Shown piece after piece: positions 45,953-55,477 of a stretch of 64,000 bases of DNA. The notes under the pieces are model-generated. The model did no database searches. It was not told the origin of the DNA and saw only the letters and a list, made by a program, of their open reading frames with translations. The translations under genes were made by a program, and so were the position numbers. The DNA is from a bacterium (GTDB taxonomy: Bacteria; Patescibacteriota; Minisyncoccia; Phycocordibacterales; UBA5272), in contig JAHFNB010000001.1 in assembly GCA_023267595.1 (NCBI GenBank), positions 94,590 to 158,589 on the forward strand, written 5' to 3'. Positions within the stretch are counted from its first letter, which is position 1; each line of letters opens with the position of its first letter.

Positions 45953-46540
45953 ATGATCATGTCCGCAAGACTTGCACCGTTTATTGTTTTTTGTGGAATT
46001 GATGGTTGTGGAAAGACATCAGCCATCAAAGCAGTAGGGGAGAAATTTCCCACGGTAGATACTACACGAGAACCAGGAGGTACTCCTCTTGCAGAAAATA
46101 TCCGCAACTTACTCTTATCAGAAAAAGGAGGGATACTTTCTCCTTTAGAGCAAATGCACCTTTTCTTTGCGGGGCGTCACATTCATATTCATGAAAGGAT
46201 TCTTCCAAAAAGAAAGAGTGGCATTCCAGTAGTTTCTGATCGTTTTGATGGAAGTACATTCGCTTTTCAACGTTGCCTTAGTTTGGTTGCAGAGAAAATA
46301 GAAATTAACCAACCACTGTACGAAGAATTTTTCCGTTTGCGTGAACAAGTAGTACATCATTGTGAACCTTCTCTTTATATCTATTTAGAAGTTGATCCGG
46401 TAATTGGAATGAGAAGGCGCGCTTTTGCACGTGAACAAGAACTTAATCATTTTGATTTGGCGAATATCGAAGAACAAAAACGCCGAGCAGTTTCGTACCG
46501 TACCTTTTTTAAACATATACGTACGCGGGGTATCTCGTGA
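45953..46540 (+). CDS. tmk: Thymidylate kinase
   Basis: FIVFCGIDGCGKTSAIKAV P-loop. TREPGGTPLAENIR. Confidence 0.75.
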   Translation: MIMSARLAPFIVFCGIDGCGKTSAIKAVGEKFPTVDTTREPGGTPLAENIRNLLLSEKGGILSPLEQMHLFFAGRHIHIHERILPKRKSGIPVVSDRFDGSTFAFQRCLSLVAEKIEINQPLYEEFFRLREQVVHHCEPSLYIYLEVDPVIGMRRRAFAREQELNHFDLANIEEQKRRAVSYRTFFKHIRTRGIS

Positions 46541-46640
46541 GTTGTTTCTATAGATGCAAACAGAAGTAAGGAACTTGTTTTTTCAGATGTTCTTACTACT
46601 GTTGATGAAGAGTTAAGAAACGTCTAGCACTCTTCCAACA

Positions 46641-46670
46641 AAAAGCCGTCACAAAGCGGCTTTTCTTTTT
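46641..46670. terminator. Rho-independent terminator
   Basis: aaaagccg-tcacaaag-cggctttt followed by cttttt. Confidence 0.55.
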
Positions 46671-46700
46671 ATTCATTCATAAATAAGGTAGTATAGAGGG

Positions 46701-48425
46701 ATGAATAAAGGTAGTCTTTCTGAGAGGTTAAGAGGAATTGTTATAGAAGGCCTCTTATCTATTGGTATTAAGGACGCACAAGAGATTTCTTTTTCTCTTG
46801 ATCAACCAGAAGATGTTGTACATGGTGAATACGCAACAAATGTTGCACTTGTTGTTGCAAAAACATTACAAATATCTCCACGTGAATGTGCAGAAAAGTT
46901 AATCACATATATTGAACACAATAAAGGTGAGATAATTTCGCGTGTAGAAATCGCGGGAGTTGGATTCATCAATTTTTTTGTAACAGAGTCTGCAAAAAAA
47001 GAACACATAGAATATGTGGCACACAATGAAGTACAACTCTCTATACTATCTGGTAAAACAGTTATTTGTGAATATACGGATCCAAATCCTTTTAAACTTT
47101 TCCATATCGGTCATACCGTTTCAAATACAGTTGGTGAATCATTGTCACGCATCTATGAAATAGTCGGTGCAAAGGTTATACGTGTATGTTATCAGGGAGA
47201 CATAGGTATGCATGTTGCGACAACTATGTGGGGGATAGAACATATGGGAGAAACTGTAGATGATAGTGCATCTCTTCGTGATAAAGTAACGTATCTTGGA
47301 AAAGGATATGCGTATGGTACACAACAATTAGAAGAGAATCCTTTGATTAAAGAAGAAATACAAACCATCAACAAACATCTCTTTGAAGGAAAAGAACATG
47401 AGATGTACGAGAAAGGAAAGAAGTGGAGTTTAGATTATTTTCAAACTGTTTATGAAAAGTTAGGAACTGCATTTGACTATTTCATTATGGAAAGTGAAGT
47501 TGGAGACAAAGGAAAACAAATTGTTATTGAAAATACACCAAAAGTTTTCGAACAAAGTGATGGCGCATATGTATACAAAGGTGAAAAGGTAGGATTACAT
47601 ACTCGTGTGTTTATTAATTCACAAGGGTTTCCAACCTATGAAGCAAAAGAATTAGGTAACTGTGCACGTAAAGAAGAATTGGTGCCGAATACCGATATTT
47701 CTGTTGTGGTAACTGCACATGAGGTGGACGAATATTTTAAAGTGATACAATCTGCACTTAAAGAAATTAATGAAGTACAAGCACAAAAATTAGTTCATAT
47801 TTCTCACGGAATGTTACGTCTCCCAGAAGGGAAGATGTCGTCACGCACAGGGAATATTATTTCTGCCGAAGATTTACTTGATGAAGTGAAAGAAAGAATA
47901 CAAGATAGATTAGAAAAAAGTGACTTGCCTGCCGGCGAGGCAGGTGCAGACAGTAAAGAACAACTTGCAAATGATATTGCAGTTGGATCAATTAAGTTTT
48001 CAATACTTCGTCAAGCAATTGGTCGCGATATTATTTTTGATATCGATAAATCCATTTCATTTGAAGGAGATTCAGGTCCATATTTACAATATACCCATGC
48101 ACGTATAGTTCAGTTATTAAAAAAAGCAGAAGATTTGGGAATAGCAGGAGCCTATCATAATGATGTTAACGAAGTAGTTCTTTCACGTAAACTGTTAATC
48201 TTTAAAGATGTATTACAAAAAGTTTATGATGATAAAGGTCCACACCATATGGTGAGTTATCTTATTTCACTTGCTCACGAGTTTAATTCTTTATATGGAA
48301 GACAGATTATCGTACATAAAGAAGATCCACACAGTCCTCATTATGTAGTACTTGCATCTGCGGTTGGAAATATTTTGAAGCAAGGACTCTACCTTCTAGG
48401 TATCGTTGCTCCAGATAAGATGTAA
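46701..48425 (+). CDS. argS: Arginyl-tRNA synthetase
   Basis: N-terminal Arg-tRNA-synt_N-like domain. HIGH region PNPFKLFHIGHTVSNTVGESL. C-terminal DALR anticodon-binding-like domain. Confidence 0.88.
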   Translation: MNKGSLSERLRGIVIEGLLSIGIKDAQEISFSLDQPEDVVHGEYATNVALVVAKTLQISPRECAEKLITYIEHNKGEIISRVEIAGVGFINFFVTESAKKEHIEYVAHNEVQLSILSGKTVICEYTDPNPFKLFHIGHTVSNTVGESLSRIYEIVGAKVIRVCYQGDIGMHVATTMWGIEHMGETVDDSASLRDKVTYLGKGYAYGTQQLEENPLIKEEIQTINKHLFEGKEHEMYEKGKKWSLDYFQTVYEKLGTAFDYFIMESEVGDKGKQIVIENTPKVFEQSDGAYVYKGEKVGLHTRVFINSQGFPTYEAKELGNCARKEELVPNTDISVVVTAHEVDEYFKVIQSALKEINEVQAQKLVHISHGMLRLPEGKMSSRTGNIISAEDLLDEVKERIQDRLEKSDLPAGEAGADSKEQLANDIAVGSIKFSILRQAIGRDIIFDIDKSISFEGDSGPYLQYTHARIVQLLKKAEDLGIAGAYHNDVNEVVLSRKLLIFKDVLQKVYDDKGPHHMVSYLISLAHEFNSLYGRQIIVHKEDPHSPHYVVLASAVGNILKQGLYLLGIVAPDKM

Positions 48426-48462
48426 TCTAGAATAGCATCTCTATTTTTGCTATAGTAGATAA

Positions 48463-51400
48463 ATGTCAGAGTCTAAGAATGTACCAAAGAGTATCAATGA
48501 AAAAGAGTTAGAAACACTTGCTTTTTGGCAGGAACATACAATATTTGAAAAGTCAGTAGAGACTCCTGCAGGTGATGTACCAAAAGGTAGTTTTTCTTTT
48601 TATGATGGTCCTCCATTTGCAACAGGGCTTCCTCATCATGGAACACTTATGGCAGGTACGGTAAAGGATATTATTCCGCGATATCAAACAATGAAAGGAA
48701 ATAGTGTTCGTCGTAAGTGGGGGTGGGATTGTCATGGTCTTCCAATAGAAAATCTAATTGAGAAGAAATTAGGATTAAAGAGTAAAAAAGATATTGAAGA
48801 CTTGGGTATTGCTACGTTTAATAAACATGCACAAGACAGTGTTCTTCAGTATGAATCAGAATGGAAAGAAATAATTCCTCGATCTGGAAGATTTGTCGAT
48901 ATGGATCATGATTATAAAACAATGGATGCAACATATACCGAGAGTGTATGGTGGGCATGGAAAACATTATACGAAAAAGGACTTGCCTACGAAGGATATA
49001 AAATGATGCATATTTGTCCACGTTGTGAGACCACACTTGCACAATCAGAAGTAGGAATGAACTACGAAGATGTTACTGATTTATCAGTAACTGCAAAGTT
49101 TGAACTTACTGATGAACCACAGACATTTGTTCTTGCATGGACAACAACACCGTGGACTCTTCCGGGGAATACGGCACTTGCTCTTTCACAAGATGCAGAG
49201 TACCTAAAAATAAGAGTAGGTGGAATGGAAGGAATGTATATTCTCGCGAAAGAAAGAATTGCTGATGTTCTTCAAGAAAAAAATTATGAAGTTATAGATA
49301 CGTTTAAGGGTTCGAAACTTATTGGTAAGTCATATAAACCAGTATTTCCATATTTTATTAATACAGAGATTGATAATAAAGAAAATATTTGGAAAATATG
49401 GCATGCAGATTTTATTACCCTAGATACAGGGACAGGTATTGCACACGAGGCACCCGCATTTGGTGCAGATGACATGGAACTCGCAAAGCAACATTCTATT
49501 CCTGTGATCAAGCATGTGCTTATGGATGGAACATTTACACACGATGTTACTGATTTTGTTGGCATGAAGGTAAAAAAAGTCGGAGATACGCAATCTGCTG
49601 ATATTGAAATCATTAAATATCTCGCACACAGTGGATCCTTATTTGAAAAACATAAAATAGTTCATTCCTATCCACTGTGTTGGCGATGTAAAACACCACT
49701 TCTTAATTATGCAACGTCGAGTTGGTTCATTGATGTGCCAAAAATGAAACCAACATTATTATCTGAGAATCAAAAAATAGGTTGGACTCCAGAACATATT
49801 CGTGATGGTAGATTTGGTAAATGGCTAGAAGGGGCACGTGAATGGGCAGTATCTCGTACTCGTTACTGGGGAGCGCCACTTCCTGTATGGAAAAATAAAG
49901 ATGGTGAATTGCTCGTTATCGGTTCTCTTAAAGAACTTGCAGAAAAAAATAAACAAAAAGTAAAGAATATATACTTTGTAATGCGTCATGGAGAAGCAGA
50001 GAGTAATGTAAAAGGTATTATTGATAGTAGTGGAGACACGACTAATGGGCTTACAGAAAAAGGCAAAGAACAAGTACGTACAGAAATAAAAAATCTTTCT
50101 CAGAAAATTGATCTTATTATCTCGTCTCCATTTTTACGTGCACAAGAAACAGCAGAGATTGTACGACAAGAATTGGGAGATGTTCAAATTATAGTTGATG
50201 AGAGATTGAAAGAGTTTCAATTAGGTATTTTCGACAAAAAACCAATAGAAGAATATTATAAAGTATTTTCCTCAATCACCTTAGATACGGTAATTACAGG
50301 AGGTGAAACTCATCGTGATATGTTCACACGTGCAATGTCAGTATGGAATGATTTGGAAAAGAAATATGAAGGAAAAAATATTCTGATAGTAACACATGGT
50401 GGTCCAGCATGGATGTTAACTGTCGGTACATCACTGATCACTGATGAAGCAATTAATGAATCAATGAAACATCTTGGTACTGGAAATTGGGTTCCAAATG
50501 CAAAGATTATCCCTCTAGAACCCCTCATTGTTCCACGAGATGAGACTGGAAACATAAATCTTCATCGTCCATACATTGATGAAGTAGAACTAGAAGTTGA
50601 TGGTGTTACATATACAAGAATTCCTGATGTGTTTGATTGTTGGTATGAGTCAGGTGCTATGCCATTTGCATCTCTTCATTATCCATTTGAAAATAAAGAT
50701 ATTTTCGATAAAAATTATCCAGCAGATTTTATTGCGGAAAGTATGGATCAAACACGAGGATGGTTTTATTCACTTATAAACTTAGGGGTAGGGCTATTTG
50801 ATAAAGCACCGTACAAACACGTTATTGTAAATGGGCTTATCAATGCAGCAGATGGGAAAAAGATTAGTAAAAGTTTAAATAACTATACTGATCCATTAGA
50901 ATTAATTGCAAAGTATGGAGCAGATGCATTTCGTCTTTACCTCATGTCTAGTTCTGTAGTAAAAGGAGAAAGTGTTAATTTTAAAGATGAGGATCTCGAT
51001 GGTGTTTACAAACGTTGTATTCTTAGACTAGAGAATGTTATGTCTCTCTACGAAATGAATAAACCAGAATCTGTGATACCACTATCTTCTTCAGATCATA
51101 TTCTTGATATGTGGATTATAAGTAGGCTTCATGAAGTTATTCAAGAGGCAACGCATGGATTTGATACGTATATGCTCGATGATGCAGTACGACCGTTTGA
51201 TCAGTTTATTGATGATGTTTCTGTTTGGTATATACGACGTTCACGTGAACGATTAAAAGGGGACTCTGGAGAAGAAGATCAAAGGATGGCCTACGGGACT
51301 CTCACTTACATATTACAAACGTTTGCAAAGACTATTGCACCAGTTATGCCATTTATTGCAGAGCGTCTTTACAAGCAATCAGGAGGAGAAAAAGAGTCTG

Positions 51401-51903
51401 TTCATCTCGAAAAATGGCCAAGTATAGGAGAGATTCATGAAGGTATACTTGCGGAAATGAAAATGGTTCGTGATGTAGTTTCACTTGGACTCATGAAGCG
51501 AACAGAAGTAAAGATAAATGTGAAACAACCGCTACTTTCTATTATGCTTAAACAAGATATTAATCCTAAGTATTTTGACGTTATCAAAGATGAATTGAAT
51601 GTAAAAAATGTTTTTATTCACGCCTCACAATCAGATGAAGTTAAACTTGATACCACAATAACTGAAGCATTACAAAAAGAGGGAGATATTCGCAAACTTA
51701 TTCGTGCTATACAAGATGCACGAAAAGAAAAAGGATTATTGCCACAAGATAGTATTGTGTTAACCTTATCTTCTGTTAGTGGTCTTGGGAATATTTCATT
51801 ACTTATTGCTACATGTAAAATCTCTGAAACAAGAGAAGATGCAAGTATTAAAGATAATTCGGTAGAATTATCTTCTGGAATTATATATTTTTCTATTGTC
51901 TAA
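48463..51903 (+). CDS. ileS: Isoleucyl-tRNA synthetase with an embedded histidine-phosphatase (PGAM-like) domain
   Basis: IleRS signatures PFATGLPHHGT, WTTTPWTLPGN and KISKS. The residue 502-687 segment carries RHGEAESN, SPFLRAQET and IVTHGG phosphatase motifs, in-frame. Confidence 0.85.
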   Translation: MSESKNVPKSINEKELETLAFWQEHTIFEKSVETPAGDVPKGSFSFYDGPPFATGLPHHGTLMAGTVKDIIPRYQTMKGNSVRRKWGWDCHGLPIENLIEKKLGLKSKKDIEDLGIATFNKHAQDSVLQYESEWKEIIPRSGRFVDMDHDYKTMDATYTESVWWAWKTLYEKGLAYEGYKMMHICPRCETTLAQSEVGMNYEDVTDLSVTAKFELTDEPQTFVLAWTTTPWTLPGNTALALSQDAEYLKIRVGGMEGMYILAKERIADVLQEKNYEVIDTFKGSKLIGKSYKPVFPYFINTEIDNKENIWKIWHADFITLDTGTGIAHEAPAFGADDMELAKQHSIPVIKHVLMDGTFTHDVTDFVGMKVKKVGDTQSADIEIIKYLAHSGSLFEKHKIVHSYPLCWRCKTPLLNYATSSWFIDVPKMKPTLLSENQKIGWTPEHIRDGRFGKWLEGAREWAVSRTRYWGAPLPVWKNKDGELLVIGSLKELAEKNKQKVKNIYFVMRHGEAESNVKGIIDSSGDTTNGLTEKGKEQVRTEIKNLSQKIDLIISSPFLRAQETAEIVRQELGDVQIIVDERLKEFQLGIFDKKPIEEYYKVFSSITLDTVITGGETHRDMFTRAMSVWNDLEKKYEGKNILIVTHGGPAWMLTVGTSLITDEAINESMKHLGTGNWVPNAKIIPLEPLIVPRDETGNINLHRPYIDEVELEVDGVTYTRIPDVFDCWYESGAMPFASLHYPFENKDIFDKNYPADFIAESMDQTRGWFYSLINLGVGLFDKAPYKHVIVNGLINAADGKKISKSLNNYTDPLELIAKYGADAFRLYLMSSSVVKGESVNFKDEDLDGVYKRCILRLENVMSLYEMNKPESVIPLSSSDHILDMWIISRLHEVIQEATHGFDTYMLDDAVRPFDQFIDDVSVWYIRRSRERLKGDSGEEDQRMAYGTLTYILQTFAKTIAPVMPFIAERLYKQSGGEKESVHLEKWPSIGEIHEGILAEMKMVRDVVSLGLMKRTEVKINVKQPLLSIMLKQDINPKYFDVIKDELNVKNVFIHASQSDEVKLDTTITEALQKEGDIRKLIRAIQDARKEKGLLPQDSIVLTLSSVSGLGNISLLIATCKISETREDASIKDNSVELSSGIIYFSIV

Positions 51904-51929
51904 TATCTAATGTCTATTATCTGCTCAGT

Positions 51930-52484
51930 ATGGCCATAGAGAAATATACAACCAAATGCATAGTTCTCGATTCATATCCAAATGGTGAACATGATAGGGT
52001 CTATAAATTATTTACACGGGAGTTTGGATTAATTATGGCACATGCAAAAAGTATTCGTAAATTAGAAAGTAAATTACGTGCGCATGTCCTTCCGCGATCA
52101 TTATCTCTTGTAACACTTGTTCTTGGAAAGGAAGTATGGAGATTGGTTGGTGCAGAGGAACAAAGAGGAATACATAGTAATATTCATGAAGTGACACAGT
52201 TACTCAATCGCTTTATTCGTGGAGAAGGGGAACACAAGGCACTTTATGATAGAGTTATTACTCTTATGATGAGTTCATCGTCATATGACGTACAAAAATT
52301 ACGATTACTTGCATACTACATTATTTTGACAGAATTAGGGTATGCAGATGTAAAAGTTATTGGTGCACAGTCGATGAAAGAGTATCTTGCATGGAATATG
52401 GATGATATATATTTGCATATGCTTTTACATGAAACAAAAGTAAAGTCTCATGTTCATGCAGTATTACAAGAAATGCAACTCTAG
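51930..52484 (+). CDS. Hypothetical protein, possibly short RecO-like
   Basis: N-terminal pattern KCIVLDSYPNGEHDRVYKLFTREFGLIMAHAKSIRKLESKLRAHVLP resembles the RecO OB-fold. Weak. Confidence 0.4.
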   Translation: MAIEKYTTKCIVLDSYPNGEHDRVYKLFTREFGLIMAHAKSIRKLESKLRAHVLPRSLSLVTLVLGKEVWRLVGAEEQRGIHSNIHEVTQLLNRFIRGEGEHKALYDRVITLMMSSSSYDVQKLRLLAYYIILTELGYADVKVIGAQSMKEYLAWNMDDIYLHMLLHETKVKSHVHAVLQEMQL

Positions 52485-52507
52485 TTTCCTGCTATACTTA
52501 GGAATAC

Positions 52508-54376
52508 ATGGAGATACCAAACAATGAAGAAAGCGCATTAGATAGTATTGAGCACGAATTATATGATCCAAAGAAGAAAATGGATGATGTAATGATGCAT
52601 CGTGTTCGTGATGCAAGAAGTGTTGATTTACCAACATCATGGGGAGAGATAAATCCTATTATTACAGAAGCGCATGATTCAAAAACACTTTCGTTTGGTG
52701 CAAAAATACTTATCGGATCATGCATACTACTTCTCCTTTCTCTTTCATTTACAGCATGGCGTGTGCTTTCATCTCGTAATGTTGTTTCTGCGGCCAATAT
52801 CGACATGTCGACAGAAATTGTCCCATATATTGAAGGTGGTCAAGATACACCTTTTACGGTGACATTACAAAATAGAAATGGATCTGCCCTCCAAGAAGCA
52901 TCGCTTACTTTATTGTATAAACAAGGTAATGGTACTCAAGATGAACAAGAGAAAATTACCGAGAAACGAGACTTAGGAACAATTGGTGTTAATGAATATA
53001 AGAAACAAGATTTTAAAGTTATTGTATATGGTGGTGAATCAGAAGCACGAGATCTTACGGTAAAACTAGAATACAAAGTTGCAGGATCAAATGCAGTTTT
53101 TAATAAAATTGTTACAACATCTGTTGTACTTAAAACACCACCACTTTCTGTTCATATCGAAGGTCCATCACTACTGTCTATTGGTCAAACAGGAGAGTTT
53201 ATTATTTCTGTAAAAAATAATGCGGCTACATCATCATTACCGAGTGCTCTTCAAGTTATTTTACCTACTAATTTTACCGTTGAGAGTACAGATCCAAAAC
53301 CAAGTTCTCGTGGCCAAGTTTGGAATGTTCCATCACTTGATCAAGGCGAAACAAAAACGTTTACCATCACAGGTGCAATTACTGGGTCTCAAGGTGAGAC
53401 GAGCACCATAAAAGCCCTTGTTGGTTCTCAGGGTGGGCTAATTGCAAGCATTGGTGTTGTATATTCATCTCAGACATATGATATACAATTACGTTCTTCA
53501 CCACTTATGCTCTCATTAGGACTTGAAACGGATAGAGGAAACGTCGAGACATTACGTTATGGTGATAAAACACTTGTAACCGTAACGTATGCAAATAGTA
53601 GTGACCAACCGATTCGTGATGTCTCTCTTGTATTAAAGATACAAGGTGATGCGCCGTTACTTAAACAAGTAGATCCTGATGCAGGATATTATGATTCGCG
53701 TGCTCAGAGTATTACGTGGAATAAATCAATAATATCTAATTTGGCAAATCTTACACCACACGCACAAGGATCATTCCGAGTTGTTATTCCTGTGGTGAGT
53801 AAGGGAATAAATTCTCCTGCTATTAATCTGTCACTTTCTGGTAATGGAACTGTACAGGATAAAAATGATGTGACAACAATGCTTTCAAAATCATGGATAG
53901 TACAAGGTACTGCAACATTAAGTGGACAAACGACATATAAAAACTCTCCTTTCCAAAATACTGGACCTGTACCACCACAACCAAATGTAGATACTACGTA
54001 CACAACACACATTGTTGTATCTGCGCAGAACGCACTTGTAAATAGCCGCGTATCATTTATTTTACCTGCGTATGTGACATGGAAAAATGTAACATCAAAT
54101 ACTACATCTATTAGTTATGATGCAGGGACTCGTACTGTAACATGGGATATTGGTTCTATAGGAGCAGGGAAAACAGTAATGGCAGATATTAATCTTTCAG
54201 TTCGTCCATCACAAAGTCATGTCGGGCAATCACCATCTATTACTTCGGGAATAGTACTCGATGCAGATGAAGAAGTAGCAAGAACTCATATTCGCACCAC
54301 TATCTCTCCACTTACAACGATCCTTGTAGGAGAAAATTGGCCAGTTGATCCATCACGTGTTGTAGATAGTCAATAA
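52508..54376 (+). CDS. Large membrane-anchored surface protein with repeated beta-sandwich (DUF11/CARDB-like) modules
   Basis: TM at about aa 55-80. Long Ser/Thr/Asn/Val-rich extracellular region with repeated 'TVT...N.S...L' modules. Confidence 0.6.
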   Translation: MEIPNNEESALDSIEHELYDPKKKMDDVMMHRVRDARSVDLPTSWGEINPIITEAHDSKTLSFGAKILIGSCILLLLSLSFTAWRVLSSRNVVSAANIDMSTEIVPYIEGGQDTPFTVTLQNRNGSALQEASLTLLYKQGNGTQDEQEKITEKRDLGTIGVNEYKKQDFKVIVYGGESEARDLTVKLEYKVAGSNAVFNKIVTTSVVLKTPPLSVHIEGPSLLSIGQTGEFIISVKNNAATSSLPSALQVILPTNFTVESTDPKPSSRGQVWNVPSLDQGETKTFTITGAITGSQGETSTIKALVGSQGGLIASIGVVYSSQTYDIQLRSSPLMLSLGLETDRGNVETLRYGDKTLVTVTYANSSDQPIRDVSLVLKIQGDAPLLKQVDPDAGYYDSRAQSITWNKSIISNLANLTPHAQGSFRVVIPVVSKGINSPAINLSLSGNGTVQDKNDVTTMLSKSWIVQGTATLSGQTTYKNSPFQNTGPVPPQPNVDTTYTTHIVVSAQNALVNSRVSFILPAYVTWKNVTSNTTSISYDAGTRTVTWDIGSIGAGKTVMADINLSVRPSQSHVGQSPSITSGIVLDADEEVARTHIRTTISPLTTILVGENWPVDPSRVVDSQ

Positions 54377-54430
54377 ACTTTATCCATATACTTCTAGCAG
54401 GCTTGCTATATTTTATGGTAGGATACATGT

Positions 54431-55477
54431 ATGAAAGAAAGTATACGTATTACGATTGCGTCAAGCACTATTGTTAAGTTTCTCTGTTGGGTAACCATTT
54501 TTGCAGGACTTTTTTATGTAAGTGATTTTGTAATTGCACTCTTTGTTGCTGTTGTCTTGGCTTCTACTATTGAGATCCCAGTTCGTACCATGATGAAGTG
54601 GGGGCTATCACGTGGTATAGCAGTAACACTTTTATTTCTATCTATTGTTGCAGTAATAGTAGTAGTTTTCCTTATATTTATTCCGCCACTTGCAGATGAC
54701 ATTGCACGATTTATTAAAACACTTCCACAAATTCTAGACTCAGTTCGTATTTTTGGAAGTGATATGGGATTTAAGGATTTATCTGTAATAGTACAAGATA
54801 TTTCACGAGATATTTCAAAAGGGGAGATACTAACCATATTAAAGAATGCATTTCTTGGAACAAGTGGAGTATTTGCAACAACATCTCTCTTCTTAGGTGG
54901 TGTTGTAAATGTGGTGCTTACTTTTGTACTTGCATTTTATCTGGCTCTTGAAGATCGTGGGGTTCAAAAGTTTTTGAGACTACTTGTTCCTAAGACACAT
55001 GAAGCATATGTTGAAGATCTGTGGAATCGTGCACAGAAGAAAATCGGACTTTGGATGCAGGGACAGTTTCTGCTATCACTTTTAATTGCGCTTCTTGTGT
55101 ATATTCCTAATCTTATTTTGAATATGCCATATGCAGCACTTCTCGCCATCTTGGCATTTATAGGTGAATTTATTCCTATGGTTGGTCTTACTCTTGCAAT
55201 GGTTCCTGCTTTCTTCCTTGCGTGGACTCATGGAGGTGTTCAACTTCTCGGTATAGTTGCACTTATTTATTTCATAATTTCACAACTTGAAAGTCATGTT
55301 ATTTACCCACGTATTATGAGTAAAATGGTAGGCGTTCCATCGGTTGTTGTTATCATTGCTATTATCATAGGAGCAAAGTTAGCAGGTATTTGGGGGGTTT
55401 TACTTGCGGTGCCACTTGCATCTATCTTTATGGAACTTGCAAGTGATTTAGAAAAAAGGAAATTACATGAAGGGTAA
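54431..55477 (+). CDS. AI-2E (UPF0118/PerM) family transporter
   Basis: About 8 TM helices. Topology and length are typical of the AI-2E family. Moderate. Confidence 0.55.
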   Translation: MKESIRITIASSTIVKFLCWVTIFAGLFYVSDFVIALFVAVVLASTIEIPVRTMMKWGLSRGIAVTLLFLSIVAVIVVVFLIFIPPLADDIARFIKTLPQILDSVRIFGSDMGFKDLSVIVQDISRDISKGEILTILKNAFLGTSGVFATTSLFLGGVVNVVLTFVLAFYLALEDRGVQKFLRLLVPKTHEAYVEDLWNRAQKKIGLWMQGQFLLSLLIALLVYIPNLILNMPYAALLAILAFIGEFIPMVGLTLAMVPAFFLAWTHGGVQLLGIVALIYFIISQLESHVIYPRIMSKMVGVPSVVVIIAIIIGAKLAGIWGVLLAVPLASIFMELASDLEKRKLHEG

